Assembly: GCA_041662665.1 (NCBI GenBank)
Contig: JBAZSC010000001.1
Location: 449,511 to 513,510, forward strand
Source: Patescibacteria group bacterium
GTDB taxonomy: Bacteria; Patescibacteriota; JABMPQ01; JAQVVF01
DNA: 64,000 nt
Direction: 5' to 3'
Below the pieces are notes generated by a model, which had not been told where the DNA came from, did no database searches, and was given only the letters and a program-made list of their open reading frames with translations. The position numbers and the translations under genes are program-made. Positions 38,181 to 48,233 of this stretch are shown piece after piece. Position 1 is the first letter of the stretch, and each line of letters starts with the position of its first letter.

Positions 38181-40700
38181 ATGCAAAATCAAATCCAAAG
38201 CTTAATTAGCTCAATTAACCAGTCTTATTTTGGTATTATTTTTATTATCGGTTTTTTTGTTTTAGGAATAATTTTGATTTTCATTTTATTATCAGTAATG
38301 CGTAATAGAAATGTCATTCCGCATTCTTTAAATATGATTACTTTGCTTATCTCGGTTCCAAAAGAAGGCAAGCAAGCCATGGAAGAAGCAAGAAAGGAAG
38401 AAAAAGAAATGATTTCTGTTGCTGAAACAATGTTTGCAAATATTTATTCAATAGAGACAGCATCAAATCGTTTTATGTCTGGACTTTATGGCAAGGAATA
38501 TGTTGCTTTTGAAATTGTTGCACACAATGGAGAAATTCGTTTTTATGTTTCAACTCCAAGAAGACTAAAAGATTATGTAGAGAAAACAATTCATTCTCAA
38601 TATCCAAAAGCCTACATTTCCGAAGAAGGCGAATACAATATTTTCAAACCAAAGAGCCAAGTAAAAGGCACAATGTTAGTTTCTGAAAAACAAAATTTTT
38701 TACCTATTAAGACTTATCAAACACTAGAATCAGATCCTCTTAATGCAATTACTAATGCCTTAAGCAAATTAGATGAAAAAACAGAAGGCGCAGGAATTCA
38801 GTACTTAATTAGACCAGCAAGTAAGGCTTGGATGAAAAAAGGTCCATTTATCGCCAGAAAAATGCAACGAGGTGAAACTTTTGAATATGCTTCTGCAGGT
38901 CTTTTTGGTAAACTTTTTAAAAGAAAACAAGAAGGCAAATCTACAGTTTTAGAGCAAGCTATTTTGCCAGGTACGAATCCTCAACAGCAACAAATGGAAC
39001 AAACAATGCTCTCTCCAATGATTCAAGAACAATTAAAAGCATTGGAAATCAAATCTTCTAAGCTTGGCTTTGAAACAAATATCAGAATTATTTCGTCATC
39101 AGATATGGAAACAAAAGCAGAAGCAAATTTAAGAAATATTGTCGGTGCTTATACACAATATGTTGATAATAATGCTAACAAATTTATAGAAAAAAAAGTC
39201 AGCACAAAAAACGTTGTTCAAGGCTTCATTTTTCGAACTTTTGATGAAAAGAGAAAATGCATTCTAAATACCGAAGAATTAGCTTCATTATTTCATTTGC
39301 CAACAAAATTTACTGAGACTCCAAATATTCATTGGCTATTAGCGAGAGATGCTCCAGCTCCTCCAAACACTCCAAAAGAAGGATTATTATTAGGTAAAAA
39401 TGTTTTTCGTGGAATTGAGACTCCTATTCATATTAAAGATGATGATCGAAGAAGGCATATGTACATTATCGGTCAAACTGGTGTCGGTAAGTCAAATCTT
39501 CTTACAAATATGATTATTCAAGATATTCAGAATGGCAAAGGACTTTGCGTTATTGATCCTCATGGCGATTTAGTAGAAAGCATTTTACCTTTTGTTCCAA
39601 AAGAAAGAGTTGATGATATTATTTTATTTGAGCCATTTGATATTAATCGTCCAATGGGTTTGAATATGCTTGAATTTAAGACCGAAGATCAAAAAGATTT
39701 CGCTGTTCAAGAAATGATGGCAATTTTCTATAAATTATTTCCTCCAGAAATGATTGGTCCTATGTTTGAGCACAGCATGCGTAATGTCATGCTGACATTG
39801 ATGTCTGACAAAGAAAATCCAGGAACTTTAGCAGAAATTCCTCGTATGTTTACAGACAATGATTACGCAAAAGAATGGATTGCAAAATTAAAAGATCCAA
39901 TTGTTAAAGCTTTCTGGGAGAAAGAAATGGCAAAGACCTCAGATTTCCACAAATCTGAAATGCTCGGTTATTTAATTTCAAAAGTTGGTCGTTTCGTTGA
40001 AAATGAAATGATGAGGAATATTATTGGTCAAAGCCATTCTTCATTTGATTTAAGAAAAATAATGGATGAAGGCAAGGTTTTGCTCGTTAATCTTTCCAAA
40101 GGCAAAATGGGAGAAGCAAATTCATCTTTGCTTGGTTTAATTATCGTTTCAAAAATCCAAATGGCTGCATATTCAAGAGCTGATATTCCAGAAGAAGAAA
40201 GACGAGATTTTTATCTTTATGTTGATGAGTTCCAAAATTTCGCAACAGATAGCTTTGGCTCCATTCTGTCTGAAGCTAGAAAATATCGACTAAGCTTAAT
40301 TGTTGCACATCAATATATTGCTCAGCTTGAAGAAAAAATTAGAGATGCTGTCTTTGGCAATGTCGGTTCTTTCTGTTCATTTAGAGTCGGCGTTGCAGAT
40401 GCCGAAATCGTTGCCAAAGAATTTGATCCAGTTTTTAATGAAAACGATGTTATCAATATTGAAAAATTTCATGCTTATATCAGATTAATGATTGAAAGCG
40501 CAAAATCAAAAGCATTCACAATGGGAACTTATCCGCCATCAGAAGGAGCAAATCAAAAAATCGCTAATGCTGTTCGAGAATTATCTCGCTTGCAATATGG
40601 CAGAAGCAGATCAATGGTAGAATCAGAAATCATGGAACGAGCTCAAATCGGTGTTGCCGAAAAAAAGGCACTTGAAGTAGCTGGAGAGAAAACTTTATAG
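38181..40700 (+). CDS. VirD4/TraD/TraG-like coupling ATPase (HerA/FtsK superfamily)
   Basis: N-terminal TM, RHMYIIGQTGVGKS, IDPHGD, LYVDEFQNF, EARKY.L.L..AHQ. Confidence 0.85.
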   Translation: MQNQIQSLISSINQSYFGIIFIIGFFVLGIILIFILLSVMRNRNVIPHSLNMITLLISVPKEGKQAMEEARKEEKEMISVAETMFANIYSIETASNRFMSGLYGKEYVAFEIVAHNGEIRFYVSTPRRLKDYVEKTIHSQYPKAYISEEGEYNIFKPKSQVKGTMLVSEKQNFLPIKTYQTLESDPLNAITNALSKLDEKTEGAGIQYLIRPASKAWMKKGPFIARKMQRGETFEYASAGLFGKLFKRKQEGKSTVLEQAILPGTNPQQQQMEQTMLSPMIQEQLKALEIKSSKLGFETNIRIISSSDMETKAEANLRNIVGAYTQYVDNNANKFIEKKVSTKNVVQGFIFRTFDEKRKCILNTEELASLFHLPTKFTETPNIHWLLARDAPAPPNTPKEGLLLGKNVFRGIETPIHIKDDDRRRHMYIIGQTGVGKSNLLTNMIIQDIQNGKGLCVIDPHGDLVESILPFVPKERVDDIILFEPFDINRPMGLNMLEFKTEDQKDFAVQEMMAIFYKLFPPEMIGPMFEHSMRNVMLTLMSDKENPGTLAEIPRMFTDNDYAKEWIAKLKDPIVKAFWEKEMAKTSDFHKSEMLGYLISKVGRFVENEMMRNIIGQSHSSFDLRKIMDEGKVLLVNLSKGKMGEANSSLLGLIIVSKIQMAAYSRADIPEEERRDFYLYVDEFQNFATDSFGSILSEARKYRLSLIVAHQYIAQLEEKIRDAVFGNVGSFCSFRVGVADAEIVAKEFDPVFNENDVINIEKFHAYIRLMIESAKSKAFTMGTYPPSEGANQKIANAVRELSRLQYGRSRSMVESEIMERAQIGVAEKKALEVAGEKTL

Positions 40701-40887
40701 CGAGAATTATGAATCAAGAATTACGAATCATGAAATCATTATTCTTTATTCATAATTCATTATTCATCAAAAATACTTGCTTATTTTAATAAATATGCTA
40801 AAATAAAACCATTACATTCGCATATTTGTAACATTTGCATAAATTCGTATATTCGTATTATACTTTAAATAAAATAAAAACAAATAT

Positions 40888-41481
40888 ATGTCAAATCAAA
40901 AACCAGTAGACTTAGAATTTTTGCGACAGATGCTTCAAAGCGCTGAGCGCAATATTCAAAGCGCAATGCGACTTTTAGAAGACAAAAAAGAATTAACTTC
41001 TGCCGAGATCAAACAGCTTGAAAAAAGAGATAATGATTTCAAGAAAAAAGCAAAGAAACTTTCTATATTAGAAAAAGACAAGATAATCGAAGGTGTTTTT
41101 GATGGACAAAACATGATTGGACCTGATGAAAAACAATATCCAATTCCTGCAAATTATGCTTCAAAATCAAAATTAGTTGAAGGCGATGTTTTGAAATTGA
41201 CAATTGCTGGTGACGGCACATTTATGTACAAGCAAATTGGTCCAATAGAGAGAAAGAAAATAATTGGTACGATTATCAAAGAAGATGGTGAAATAAAAGT
41301 TAATGCAGAAAATAAAAAATACAAATGTTTGACAGCATCTTTGACATATTTCAAAGCTGAAGAAGGCGATCAAGTCACAATTATTGTTCCAAAAGATAAA
41401 GAAAGCACTTGGGCTGCTGTAGAAAATGTCATCAAAAAAAATAATGGTGACGCTGTTTTGTCAGATGATTTAGAGATCTAA
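40888..41481 (+). CDS. Conserved hypothetical protein
   Basis: IEGVFDGQNM, YPIPANYASKSKLVEGD, YKQIGP. Confidence 0.7.
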   Translation: MSNQKPVDLEFLRQMLQSAERNIQSAMRLLEDKKELTSAEIKQLEKRDNDFKKKAKKLSILEKDKIIEGVFDGQNMIGPDEKQYPIPANYASKSKLVEGDVLKLTIAGDGTFMYKQIGPIERKKIIGTIIKEDGEIKVNAENKKYKCLTASLTYFKAEEGDQVTIIVPKDKESTWAAVENVIKKNNGDAVLSDDLEI

Positions 41482-41542
41482 CGCAACAGATTTTCACAGA
41501 TTTAAGACAGATAATGACAAATTACGCAGATTAATTTTACTT

Positions 41543-42004
41543 ATGAACTTCATAGATAAAATCACTCAAAAATATCCAACAGTATATCAATTTTTTAAAT
41601 TTGTTGTTACTGGCGGTATAAATACTATTGTTGATTTTGGCGTTTTGAATATTTTAATTTTTTCGACTAGCAAATCATCTGGAATTTATTTTTCAGTTTT
41701 TAAAGGTATTTCATTTACTGTCGCAGTTATCAACAGTTATTTTTTCAACAGATTCTGGACATTCAAAGACCGTCAAGAAAAAAATCCAGCAGCTCAATTT
41801 GGTAAATTCATTTTAATTAGTGTTATTGGTTTTGGAGTTAATGTCGGAGTCGCATCTTTGATTGTAAACGTTATTGGCGCGCAATTTGGAATTACCGAAC
41901 ATCTATGGGCTAATATCGGTGCTCTTTTAGCAACTGCAGTCTCATGGATTTGGAATTTCACAGGTTATAAATTTTGGGCTTTCAAGAAAACAGTTAACAA
42001 TTAA
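41543..42004 (+). CDS. GtrA-family membrane protein
   Basis: QFFKF...G..NT.VDF, NSYFFNRFWTF, WNF...K.W.F. Confidence 0.88.
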   Translation: MNFIDKITQKYPTVYQFFKFVVTGGINTIVDFGVLNILIFSTSKSSGIYFSVFKGISFTVAVINSYFFNRFWTFKDRQEKNPAAQFGKFILISVIGFGVNVGVASLIVNVIGAQFGITEHLWANIGALLATAVSWIWNFTGYKFWAFKKTVNN

Positions 42005-42028
42005 CTTTTAACAGTTAACAAACTAAAA

Positions 42029-42403
42029 ATGTTTACGAGGGATAAAACATTTAGGTTCCGAAATTTTAAGGTATACAAAGATTCTAAAATTTTTTATAGA
42101 AATATAAATAATATTACAAAGATATTTCCAAAAGATTGCCTTTATGAATTAACTAGTCAGTTAAAAAGAAGTGCACTATCAATTGTTTTAAATATTGCTG
42201 AAGGATCAGCAAAAGAATCGGATAAAGATTTCAAGAGATATTTAGGCAATTCTCTTGGATCAATTAATGAGGTAGTAGCTTGTTTAGATATAGCTTTTGA
42301 AAGTAAGTATGTTTCAAATGAGGTCTACTTGAAACTTGTTGACCAGGCTCAAGGTATAGCAAAACAGTTAGGAGGATTTTACAAAAAATTAAAAAATAGT
42401 TAG
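42029..42403 (+). CDS. Four-helix-bundle protein (23S rRNA IVS protein/Avd-like family)
   Basis: F....VY, FP....Y.L.SQ..R.A.SI..NIAEG, F.R.L....GS..E. Confidence 0.9.
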   Translation: MFTRDKTFRFRNFKVYKDSKIFYRNINNITKIFPKDCLYELTSQLKRSALSIVLNIAEGSAKESDKDFKRYLGNSLGSINEVVACLDIAFESKYVSNEVYLKLVDQAQGIAKQLGGFYKKLKNS

Positions 42404-42464
42404 TATTTAATAGTTAACATCAGTCAATTGTTAACTGTTAAATGTTAACTGTTAACTGTTAATT

Positions 42465-44141
42465 ATGTTGGCTCTATACCGTAAATACCGACCGAGCAAA
42501 TTTCAGGAGGTTATCGGCCAGGATCATATTACACAAACATTAATCAATTCTTTAAAGATGGGCAAAATGCAACATGCCTATCTTTTTTGTGGTCCAAAAG
42601 GAACAGGAAAAACAACAATGGCAAGGATTATTGCCAAAGCTGTCAATTGTTTAGATTTAGAAAATTTAAAACAAACAGGCGAGCCATGTTTGAAATGCGA
42701 AAATTGCAAAGAAATCCAAAATAATTCTTTAGATATTATTGAAGTTGATGCTGCTTCAAATCGAGGTATTGATGAGATTCGAGAGCTTCGCGATGCTTCC
42801 AGATTTACGCCATCAAAATTAAAATTTAAAGTTTTCATTATTGATGAAGTCCACATGTTAACAAAAGAAGCTTTTAATGCGCTTCTTAAAACATTGGAAG
42901 AACCGCCAGCTCACATTCTCTTTATTTTAGCAACAACCGAACATTTTAAAGTTCCAGATACAATCAAATCTCGTTGTCAGCGCTTTGATTTAAGAAAGAT
43001 TTCAATTGATAATCTAATTTCTCATTTAAAAACTATTGCAGAAAAAGAGAATATTAAAATAGATGATAATTCTTTAAAATTAATTTCTGCAAATGCCAGC
43101 GGTTCATCAAGAGATGCTTTAAGTTTATTAAGCAGTCTATCCGCATTTGCTGATTCCAATTTAACTTATGAAAAAGTTAAGGAAATATTAGGCATTACTG
43201 ATCAAATCATTTTAACAAAGTTTGTTGATTTCATAATTAACAAAGATTGCCAATCAGCAATTAAACAAATTAATGAATTAGTTGATAATGGCGTTAATTT
43301 AAATCAATTCAGCTTAGATCTAATTGATTATTTAAGAAAATTATTGTTATTGAAAGTAAGTCCAGAATTATCAAATCTTTCCGGATTTAGTATTTCGGAT
43401 GAGCAAACAAAAAAAATGCAAGATCAAGCTTCAAAAATTGATCAGATTTTTTTATTAAAATTTATTGATTCAGTAATAAAAAGAAGCAAAGAAATTAACG
43501 ATACGCCATTTGTCCAACTTTCACTTGAATTAGCAATTATTGAAAATTTGCCAGAAAAAACAAATGTTCAACAACAACCAGAATTGCCAGTAGCGCCAGA
43601 TTTGCAAAAGCCTATTGTCGAAAATAAAATAGAACAGCAAACTGTTAGCCAAGCAAAACCAATAATCAGCGAAACACCAAAAACAGAAATTGCCAAGCCA
43701 GTTGTTGCAAATAATAATGAAGCTGCAAAACCAATTACTCAAAATAACTTGCCAAGCCAAAATCAACCATTTAGCGATTTGAATATTTCTAAAATTCAAG
43801 GACAATGGCCGAAAATAATTGCCGAGATAAAAAAAGCAAATTATTCTTTAGCAGGCATTTTGAATACTTTGAAATTAATCAGTTTAGAAAATAATTTCTT
43901 AACTCTTGCATGTCCATATCCATTTCATCAAGAAATAATTCATGAAATGAAAAACAAGATTTTACTTGAGGAAGCAATTACTAAAATAGTTAATACAAAA
44001 ATATTAACGAAGCTCATCTTGATGAAAGATTTGCCAAAAGAAGTTCAAGAAAATATTAATAAAGAAAACGTCCAAAAAGAAAAACAAAAAACAGCAGATC
44101 TTTATAATGCTGCTGTCTCTGCGTTCACAGACAATATATAA
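42465..44141 (+). CDS. dnaX: DNA polymerase III subunit gamma/tau
   Basis: LYRKYRP, GPKGTGKT, DEVHML, NALLKTLEEPP, SRCQ. Confidence 0.96.
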   Translation: MLALYRKYRPSKFQEVIGQDHITQTLINSLKMGKMQHAYLFCGPKGTGKTTMARIIAKAVNCLDLENLKQTGEPCLKCENCKEIQNNSLDIIEVDAASNRGIDEIRELRDASRFTPSKLKFKVFIIDEVHMLTKEAFNALLKTLEEPPAHILFILATTEHFKVPDTIKSRCQRFDLRKISIDNLISHLKTIAEKENIKIDDNSLKLISANASGSSRDALSLLSSLSAFADSNLTYEKVKEILGITDQIILTKFVDFIINKDCQSAIKQINELVDNGVNLNQFSLDLIDYLRKLLLLKVSPELSNLSGFSISDEQTKKMQDQASKIDQIFLLKFIDSVIKRSKEINDTPFVQLSLELAIIENLPEKTNVQQQPELPVAPDLQKPIVENKIEQQTVSQAKPIISETPKTEIAKPVVANNNEAAKPITQNNLPSQNQPFSDLNISKIQGQWPKIIAEIKKANYSLAGILNTLKLISLENNFLTLACPYPFHQEIIHEMKNKILLEEAITKIVNTKILTKLILMKDLPKEVQENINKENVQKEKQKTADLYNAAVSAFTDNI

Positions 44142-44259
44142 TTTTTATAACCATTAGATATATTTTCTGCATTTTCTGCGATTAATAATTTTGCAATCAA
44201 AAATTATTAATTCTGCGTCAAAAATTTTGTCACAAAAATTTTTGACTCAGCGTAGATAA

Positions 44260-44922
44260 TTATTCTTCGCCTCCAGTCCCGCCACCGCCAGTTTCACCTC
44301 CGCCTCCTCCTTGTCCGCCAGAAAGCATTGAGTCAATTTTTGCTGCATTATCCTCTTCAGCTTTGTCCAGCTTTTCAAATTGATTTGATTTAGACGCTCT
44401 ATCAAAATATTTTGTTTGTTCACTTTGTTCCAATCTATCAATTTCTTCTTGAGAATATCTACTTCGATCAACATCAGAACTTGGCTGTCTCTGTAAGCCT
44501 TGCTGTTGTTGGCCAGCTTTCTGCAATCTAACGTCTTCTTCAACTTGTCTTCCAAAAGCTCCTGTTTGAGATATCTCGCCTTGTTGCTCAACTTTTTCTA
44601 CCCATTCAGGAGTTTTCATTCCACCTTTTTGCATTTCGCCTTTTTGTATCTCCTGTCCTTTTACTTCTCTTGAAGGCATTTCTGGTTTTTTGAAAGTTTC
44701 TTGTTTTGCTTGAGTTGGTTGCTCAATAGTTTTCATTACCTTTTTGGCACCGGATTCACTCATGCCTTTTTCCTTAAGAAATCTCTCAGTTTCACTTGTC
44801 GACATCTTGTAGCCTGGAGCTTCTTTTAGAATATTTTTTGCTGTTTGTCCGCCTCTTTGCGACCAAGATGTTTTTGAGCCTTTCATTGCTTGTTTTAATT
44901 CTCTTTTTCCGATGTATGCCAT
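44260..44922 (-). CDS. Hypothetical low-complexity Q/E/K/G-rich protein
   Basis: 220-aa ORF with a Gly-rich tail. Confidence 0.6.
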   Translation of the reverse strand: MAYIGKRELKQAMKGSKTSWSQRGGQTAKNILKEAPGYKMSTSETERFLKEKGMSESGAKKVMKTIEQPTQAKQETFKKPEMPSREVKGQEIQKGEMQKGGMKTPEWVEKVEQQGEISQTGAFGRQVEEDVRLQKAGQQQQGLQRQPSSDVDRSRYSQEEIDRLEQSEQTKYFDRASKSNQFEKLDKAEEDNAAKIDSMLSGGQGGGGGETGGGGTGGEE

Positions 44923-44933
44923 ATTTTTATATT

Positions 44934-45338
44934 TTAATTTTTTAAATTATAGGATTGTTTAAGCCATTTCATCAATTCTGCATTAATATCTTTTTGATCA
45001 TGAACATCTATGCAAATTTTATAAAAATTTGCAGAAATTAAAACGCATTGTTTCAATCTTAATTTTTTAATTTTCTTATCAAAAGCAAATCTTATTTCCA
45101 GACCATCTTTTTTAGGTAATATTGCGACAAAATCATAATTGCCATATAAATGTATGCAACACGGCAAAGAAATTATTTTGCATTTTCCAACTTTTTTATT
45201 AACTTGTTCAACAAAATAATCAAAAATTTTCTTAGCCTTTTCTTTATTTTTAAAATGTTGTTGAAGAGGAATTTTTTGGCAGCTATGAGGTTGTCCTGTT
45301 TTTTCAAAAATCCTTCCGCATTTTTTGCAAGTCCACAT
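44934..45338 (-). CDS. DUF5655-like protein with N-terminal CxxC...HxC motif
   Basis: MWTCKKCGR.F....Q.HSC; WL..SY C-terminus. Confidence 0.7.
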   Translation of the reverse strand: MWTCKKCGRIFEKTGQPHSCQKIPLQQHFKNKEKAKKIFDYFVEQVNKKVGKCKIISLPCCIHLYGNYDFVAILPKKDGLEIRFAFDKKIKKLRLKQCVLISANFYKICIDVHDQKDINAELMKWLKQSYNLKN

Positions 45339-45470
45339 AATTATTTCTTAATATTTTAACATTTTTAGTATATCATATTTGACAATATTTTAAAGCAAGG
45401 ATAAAATATTCGTAATGTTAAGTTCAAAGTAATTTTTCATTTATAATTTAGCATTTATAATTCGCAACGT

Positions 45471-45541
45471 TCCGGGGTCGTCTAATGGTAGGACAGTAGC
45501 CTTTGAAGCTGCTTATCTTGGTTCGAATCCAAGCCCCGGAG
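45471..45541 (+). tRNA. tRNA-Gln(TTG)
   Basis: Acceptor TCCGGGG/CCCCGGA, anticodon arm GTAGC-CTTTGAA-GCTGC, T-loop GGTTCGAATCC; CCA not encoded. Confidence 0.95.
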
Positions 45542-45567
45542 TTTTTGTACTTAAAAATTAGTAAAAC

Positions 45568-46101
45568 ATGAAAATAAATTGGGATAAAATTAGCGAAAAA
45601 AGTATAGAAAAATCAAAATGGCGTAAAATGATTAGAAGAAAATTTGCATTTCCAAATGGCAAAGCAGTCGATTTCGATTTAAAAAAAGAAGGTCCATTTG
45701 TTTGCATTTTAGCGATAACAAAAAATAATAAAGTAATACTTGCAAAACAATTTCGTCCAGGTCCAGAAAAAATATTATTAGAATTGCCAGGCGGTTATAT
45801 AGACAAAGGCGAAACACCAGCAAATGCAGCTAAAAGAGAATTATTAGAAGAAACAGGATATATTGGCAAAATAAAATTTATTGGCAAAAGCTTAGACGAT
45901 GCATATTCAACTTTAATTAGATATAATTTTGTTGCAACTAATTGCATTAAAAAAGATGTTAAAAATATTAAAAAAGATCAAAATGAATTTATTAAAATTG
46001 TCGAAATGCCAATTAAAAAATTTCGTCAGCATTTACAAAGTGGTATGCTGACTGATATTGAAGTCGGATATCTTGGATTGGATTTTCTCAAATTACTTTA
46101 A
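45568..46101 (+). CDS. NUDIX hydrolase (ADP-ribose pyrophosphatase-like)
   Basis: QFR, ELPGG..D.GE....AAKRELLEETG. Confidence 0.9.
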   Translation: MKINWDKISEKSIEKSKWRKMIRRKFAFPNGKAVDFDLKKEGPFVCILAITKNNKVILAKQFRPGPEKILLELPGGYIDKGETPANAAKRELLEETGYIGKIKFIGKSLDDAYSTLIRYNFVATNCIKKDVKNIKKDQNEFIKIVEMPIKKFRQHLQSGMLTDIEVGYLGLDFLKLL

Positions 46102-46209
46102 AATTATAAAAAAAGCTGCAACAAAAAATATTACCATTTTTAATTGCCAAAAAAAATGATATACTAAATATATAAAAATTATCTATAAAACAAAATTAAA
46201 TTTTAATTT

Positions 46210-46527
46210 ATGGCATGTTTTGTAGCACCAACTGTTGCAGCAATTATTGCAACTGCAGTTAGAAAAAAAGTTAGTCTAAAATATCATTTCGATTGGCTAT
46301 TATTAATGCTTTGGGGAGGTGTAATTGTTTTAGTTGTAGACCATTTAGCTAGTGGAGAATTAATTTTAAGATTCCCATTTTTGACAAGGAGTTTGTCTGA
46401 TATTGTTCCAGAAATAATAAAAGTCGGAATACCAATGACCATTGCAATCTTTAGTGCATGGATAATAATGGTTTTTCTCTCGTTAAAGATTAAAAAACCT
46501 AAAAACAATTTATTAACTAATCATTAG
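46210..46527 (+). CDS. Small membrane protein
   Basis: MACF.AP start, 3 TM segments. Confidence 0.65.
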   Translation: MACFVAPTVAAIIATAVRKKVSLKYHFDWLLLMLWGGVIVLVVDHLASGELILRFPFLTRSLSDIVPEIIKVGIPMTIAIFSAWIIMVFLSLKIKKPKNNLLTNH

Positions 46528-46610
46528 CAAATAATTAGCAGTTACAAAAAATTGAATAAATTTTTTTAACAGCAAATGATTAGCGACTTATTAATTAACA
46601 TAAAAACAAA

Positions 46611-46997
46611 ATGGAAATCTTAGCATCAATCCTAGGGATCATGCTTGCAGCTGCAGCCATTGCCGCAGTCATCAGCGCATTTTTCTTTTGGATTGGAGGT
46701 AAAATCGTCGGTGTAAAAAAAGCAACATTCGGCAGAGCAATTTTAGCAGCTATTGCTGCAGCAGCTGCAACTTGGATGATTTCATGGTTAATGTCATTCA
46801 TTCCAGGTGTTGGCACAGTTTTAGGATTCATTTTAGGTGCAATTATCGTCATTTTCATTATTAAAGCATCATTTGAAATTGACACTTATGGCAAGGCATT
46901 TTTGGTTTGGATTTTCTATTTAATTGCACAAGGAATTGCAATTTTTATCGTTCTTCTTACTTTTGGCGGAGCTTTGATTGACTTATTCAACAAATAA
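46611..46997 (+). CDS. Membrane protein (4 TM)
   Basis: Hydrophobic throughout. Confidence 0.7.
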   Translation: MEILASILGIMLAAAAIAAVISAFFFWIGGKIVGVKKATFGRAILAAIAAAAATWMISWLMSFIPGVGTVLGFILGAIIVIFIIKASFEIDTYGKAFLVWIFYLIAQGIAIFIVLLTFGGALIDLFNK

Positions 46998-47155
46998 AAG
47001 CTTTCAATTTAAAAAGACTAGTATCATCATATTAGTCTTTTTATTTTGTAAAAATTTAAATTTACTAAAAGCATTGCAAAATTTTAGTAATGTGGTATAA
47101 TAATATACCGTAAATTCTAAGCTAATTATCAGGAAAAATCTATACTTTAAATTTC

Positions 47156-48106
47156 ATGAATTCAAATAAACTTCAGGATAAAACAAAATTTATCAGACGT
47201 AAAATAATCCAATGTTTTTTGGCATTATTTGTCTTGGCAATTAGCTCTTTATTAATTAAAGAGCATTATTTCAATAAAAAAGATATTAATATTACAAAAG
47301 AAGCAGAAGCAAAGTCAGAAGAAATAGTGCCAAAACCTGTACAATTGCCAAAGGAGATTGATCCGACCCAAACAACAAAATCATTAGAGAATTATTTAAC
47401 AAATTTGTCTGGAGAATATGGATATTCTGTCATTGATTTAAAAAGCAACAAAAGTTATGGTTCAAGAGAGAGTAATCAATATTTTATGGCTAGCACTTGC
47501 AAAGTTGCTATTTCAGCCTATTTGTATAGTCAGATAGAATCAGGTAAGATTAATCCAAATACTAAACTTATTTTCCAAAAAAGGTTTTATGAAAATGGTA
47601 CTGGTATTTTGCAGTTTGAAAAACCAGGAAAATCATACAAAATTAGCTATCTAAATGAGTTAATGATTCAAAAAAGCGATAATGTTGCGACAAATATTTT
47701 AATTAATTATTTAGGAGTCTCAAATATTCAGACTTTCTTAAATAATTATAAAATCACAGGAATGAATATTTCAAGCAATACTACAACTCCAAAAGCGATG
47801 TCATCTTTACTGCAAAAAATTTATAAAAATGAGATCATTTCCAAAGAATCAACAGACAAGTTAATTTATTTAATGATTAATTCGATTGATGATGATCGCA
47901 TCGTTGCCGGTGTTCCAGCAAATATCATTGTTGCTCATAAAATTGGCAGTTATGGAAAAACAACTAATGATGTTGGCATAGTTTACTTGAAACATCGACC
48001 ATACGTAATTAGCATCTATTCCAAAAAAACATTAAAACAAGATATTGCCGAAATAGCGATTGCCAAAATTTCGCAAACAATTTTTGAATTTGAAGATTCA
48101 CAATAA
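47156..48106 (+). CDS. Serine hydrolase of class A beta-lactamase fold
   Basis: ASTCK (SxxK), SDN, HKIG; N-terminal TM. Confidence 0.85.
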   Translation: MNSNKLQDKTKFIRRKIIQCFLALFVLAISSLLIKEHYFNKKDINITKEAEAKSEEIVPKPVQLPKEIDPTQTTKSLENYLTNLSGEYGYSVIDLKSNKSYGSRESNQYFMASTCKVAISAYLYSQIESGKINPNTKLIFQKRFYENGTGILQFEKPGKSYKISYLNELMIQKSDNVATNILINYLGVSNIQTFLNNYKITGMNISSNTTTPKAMSSLLQKIYKNEIISKESTDKLIYLMINSIDDDRIVAGVPANIIVAHKIGSYGKTTNDVGIVYLKHRPYVISIYSKKTLKQDIAEIAIAKISQTIFEFEDSQ

Positions 48107-48233
48107 TTATAAATAAAATGAGGTAGCATGTCTGCATTTTCCGCGTTAGCTTCCGCGCAATTCCGCGTAAATATATAATCACAGAAAAACGCATAAATGA
48201 ACGCAGAAAACACAAAATAATATCTCAACATAA

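Noticed and set aside
38181-40700. Conjugative element or ICE
   Set aside because: No relaxase, VirB4, integrase or element boundaries; the gene sits among core genes
47156-48106. Bona fide antibiotic-resistance beta-lactamase
   Set aside because: Has SxxK and SDN but no evident omega-loop ExxLN; more likely a cell-wall serine hydrolase
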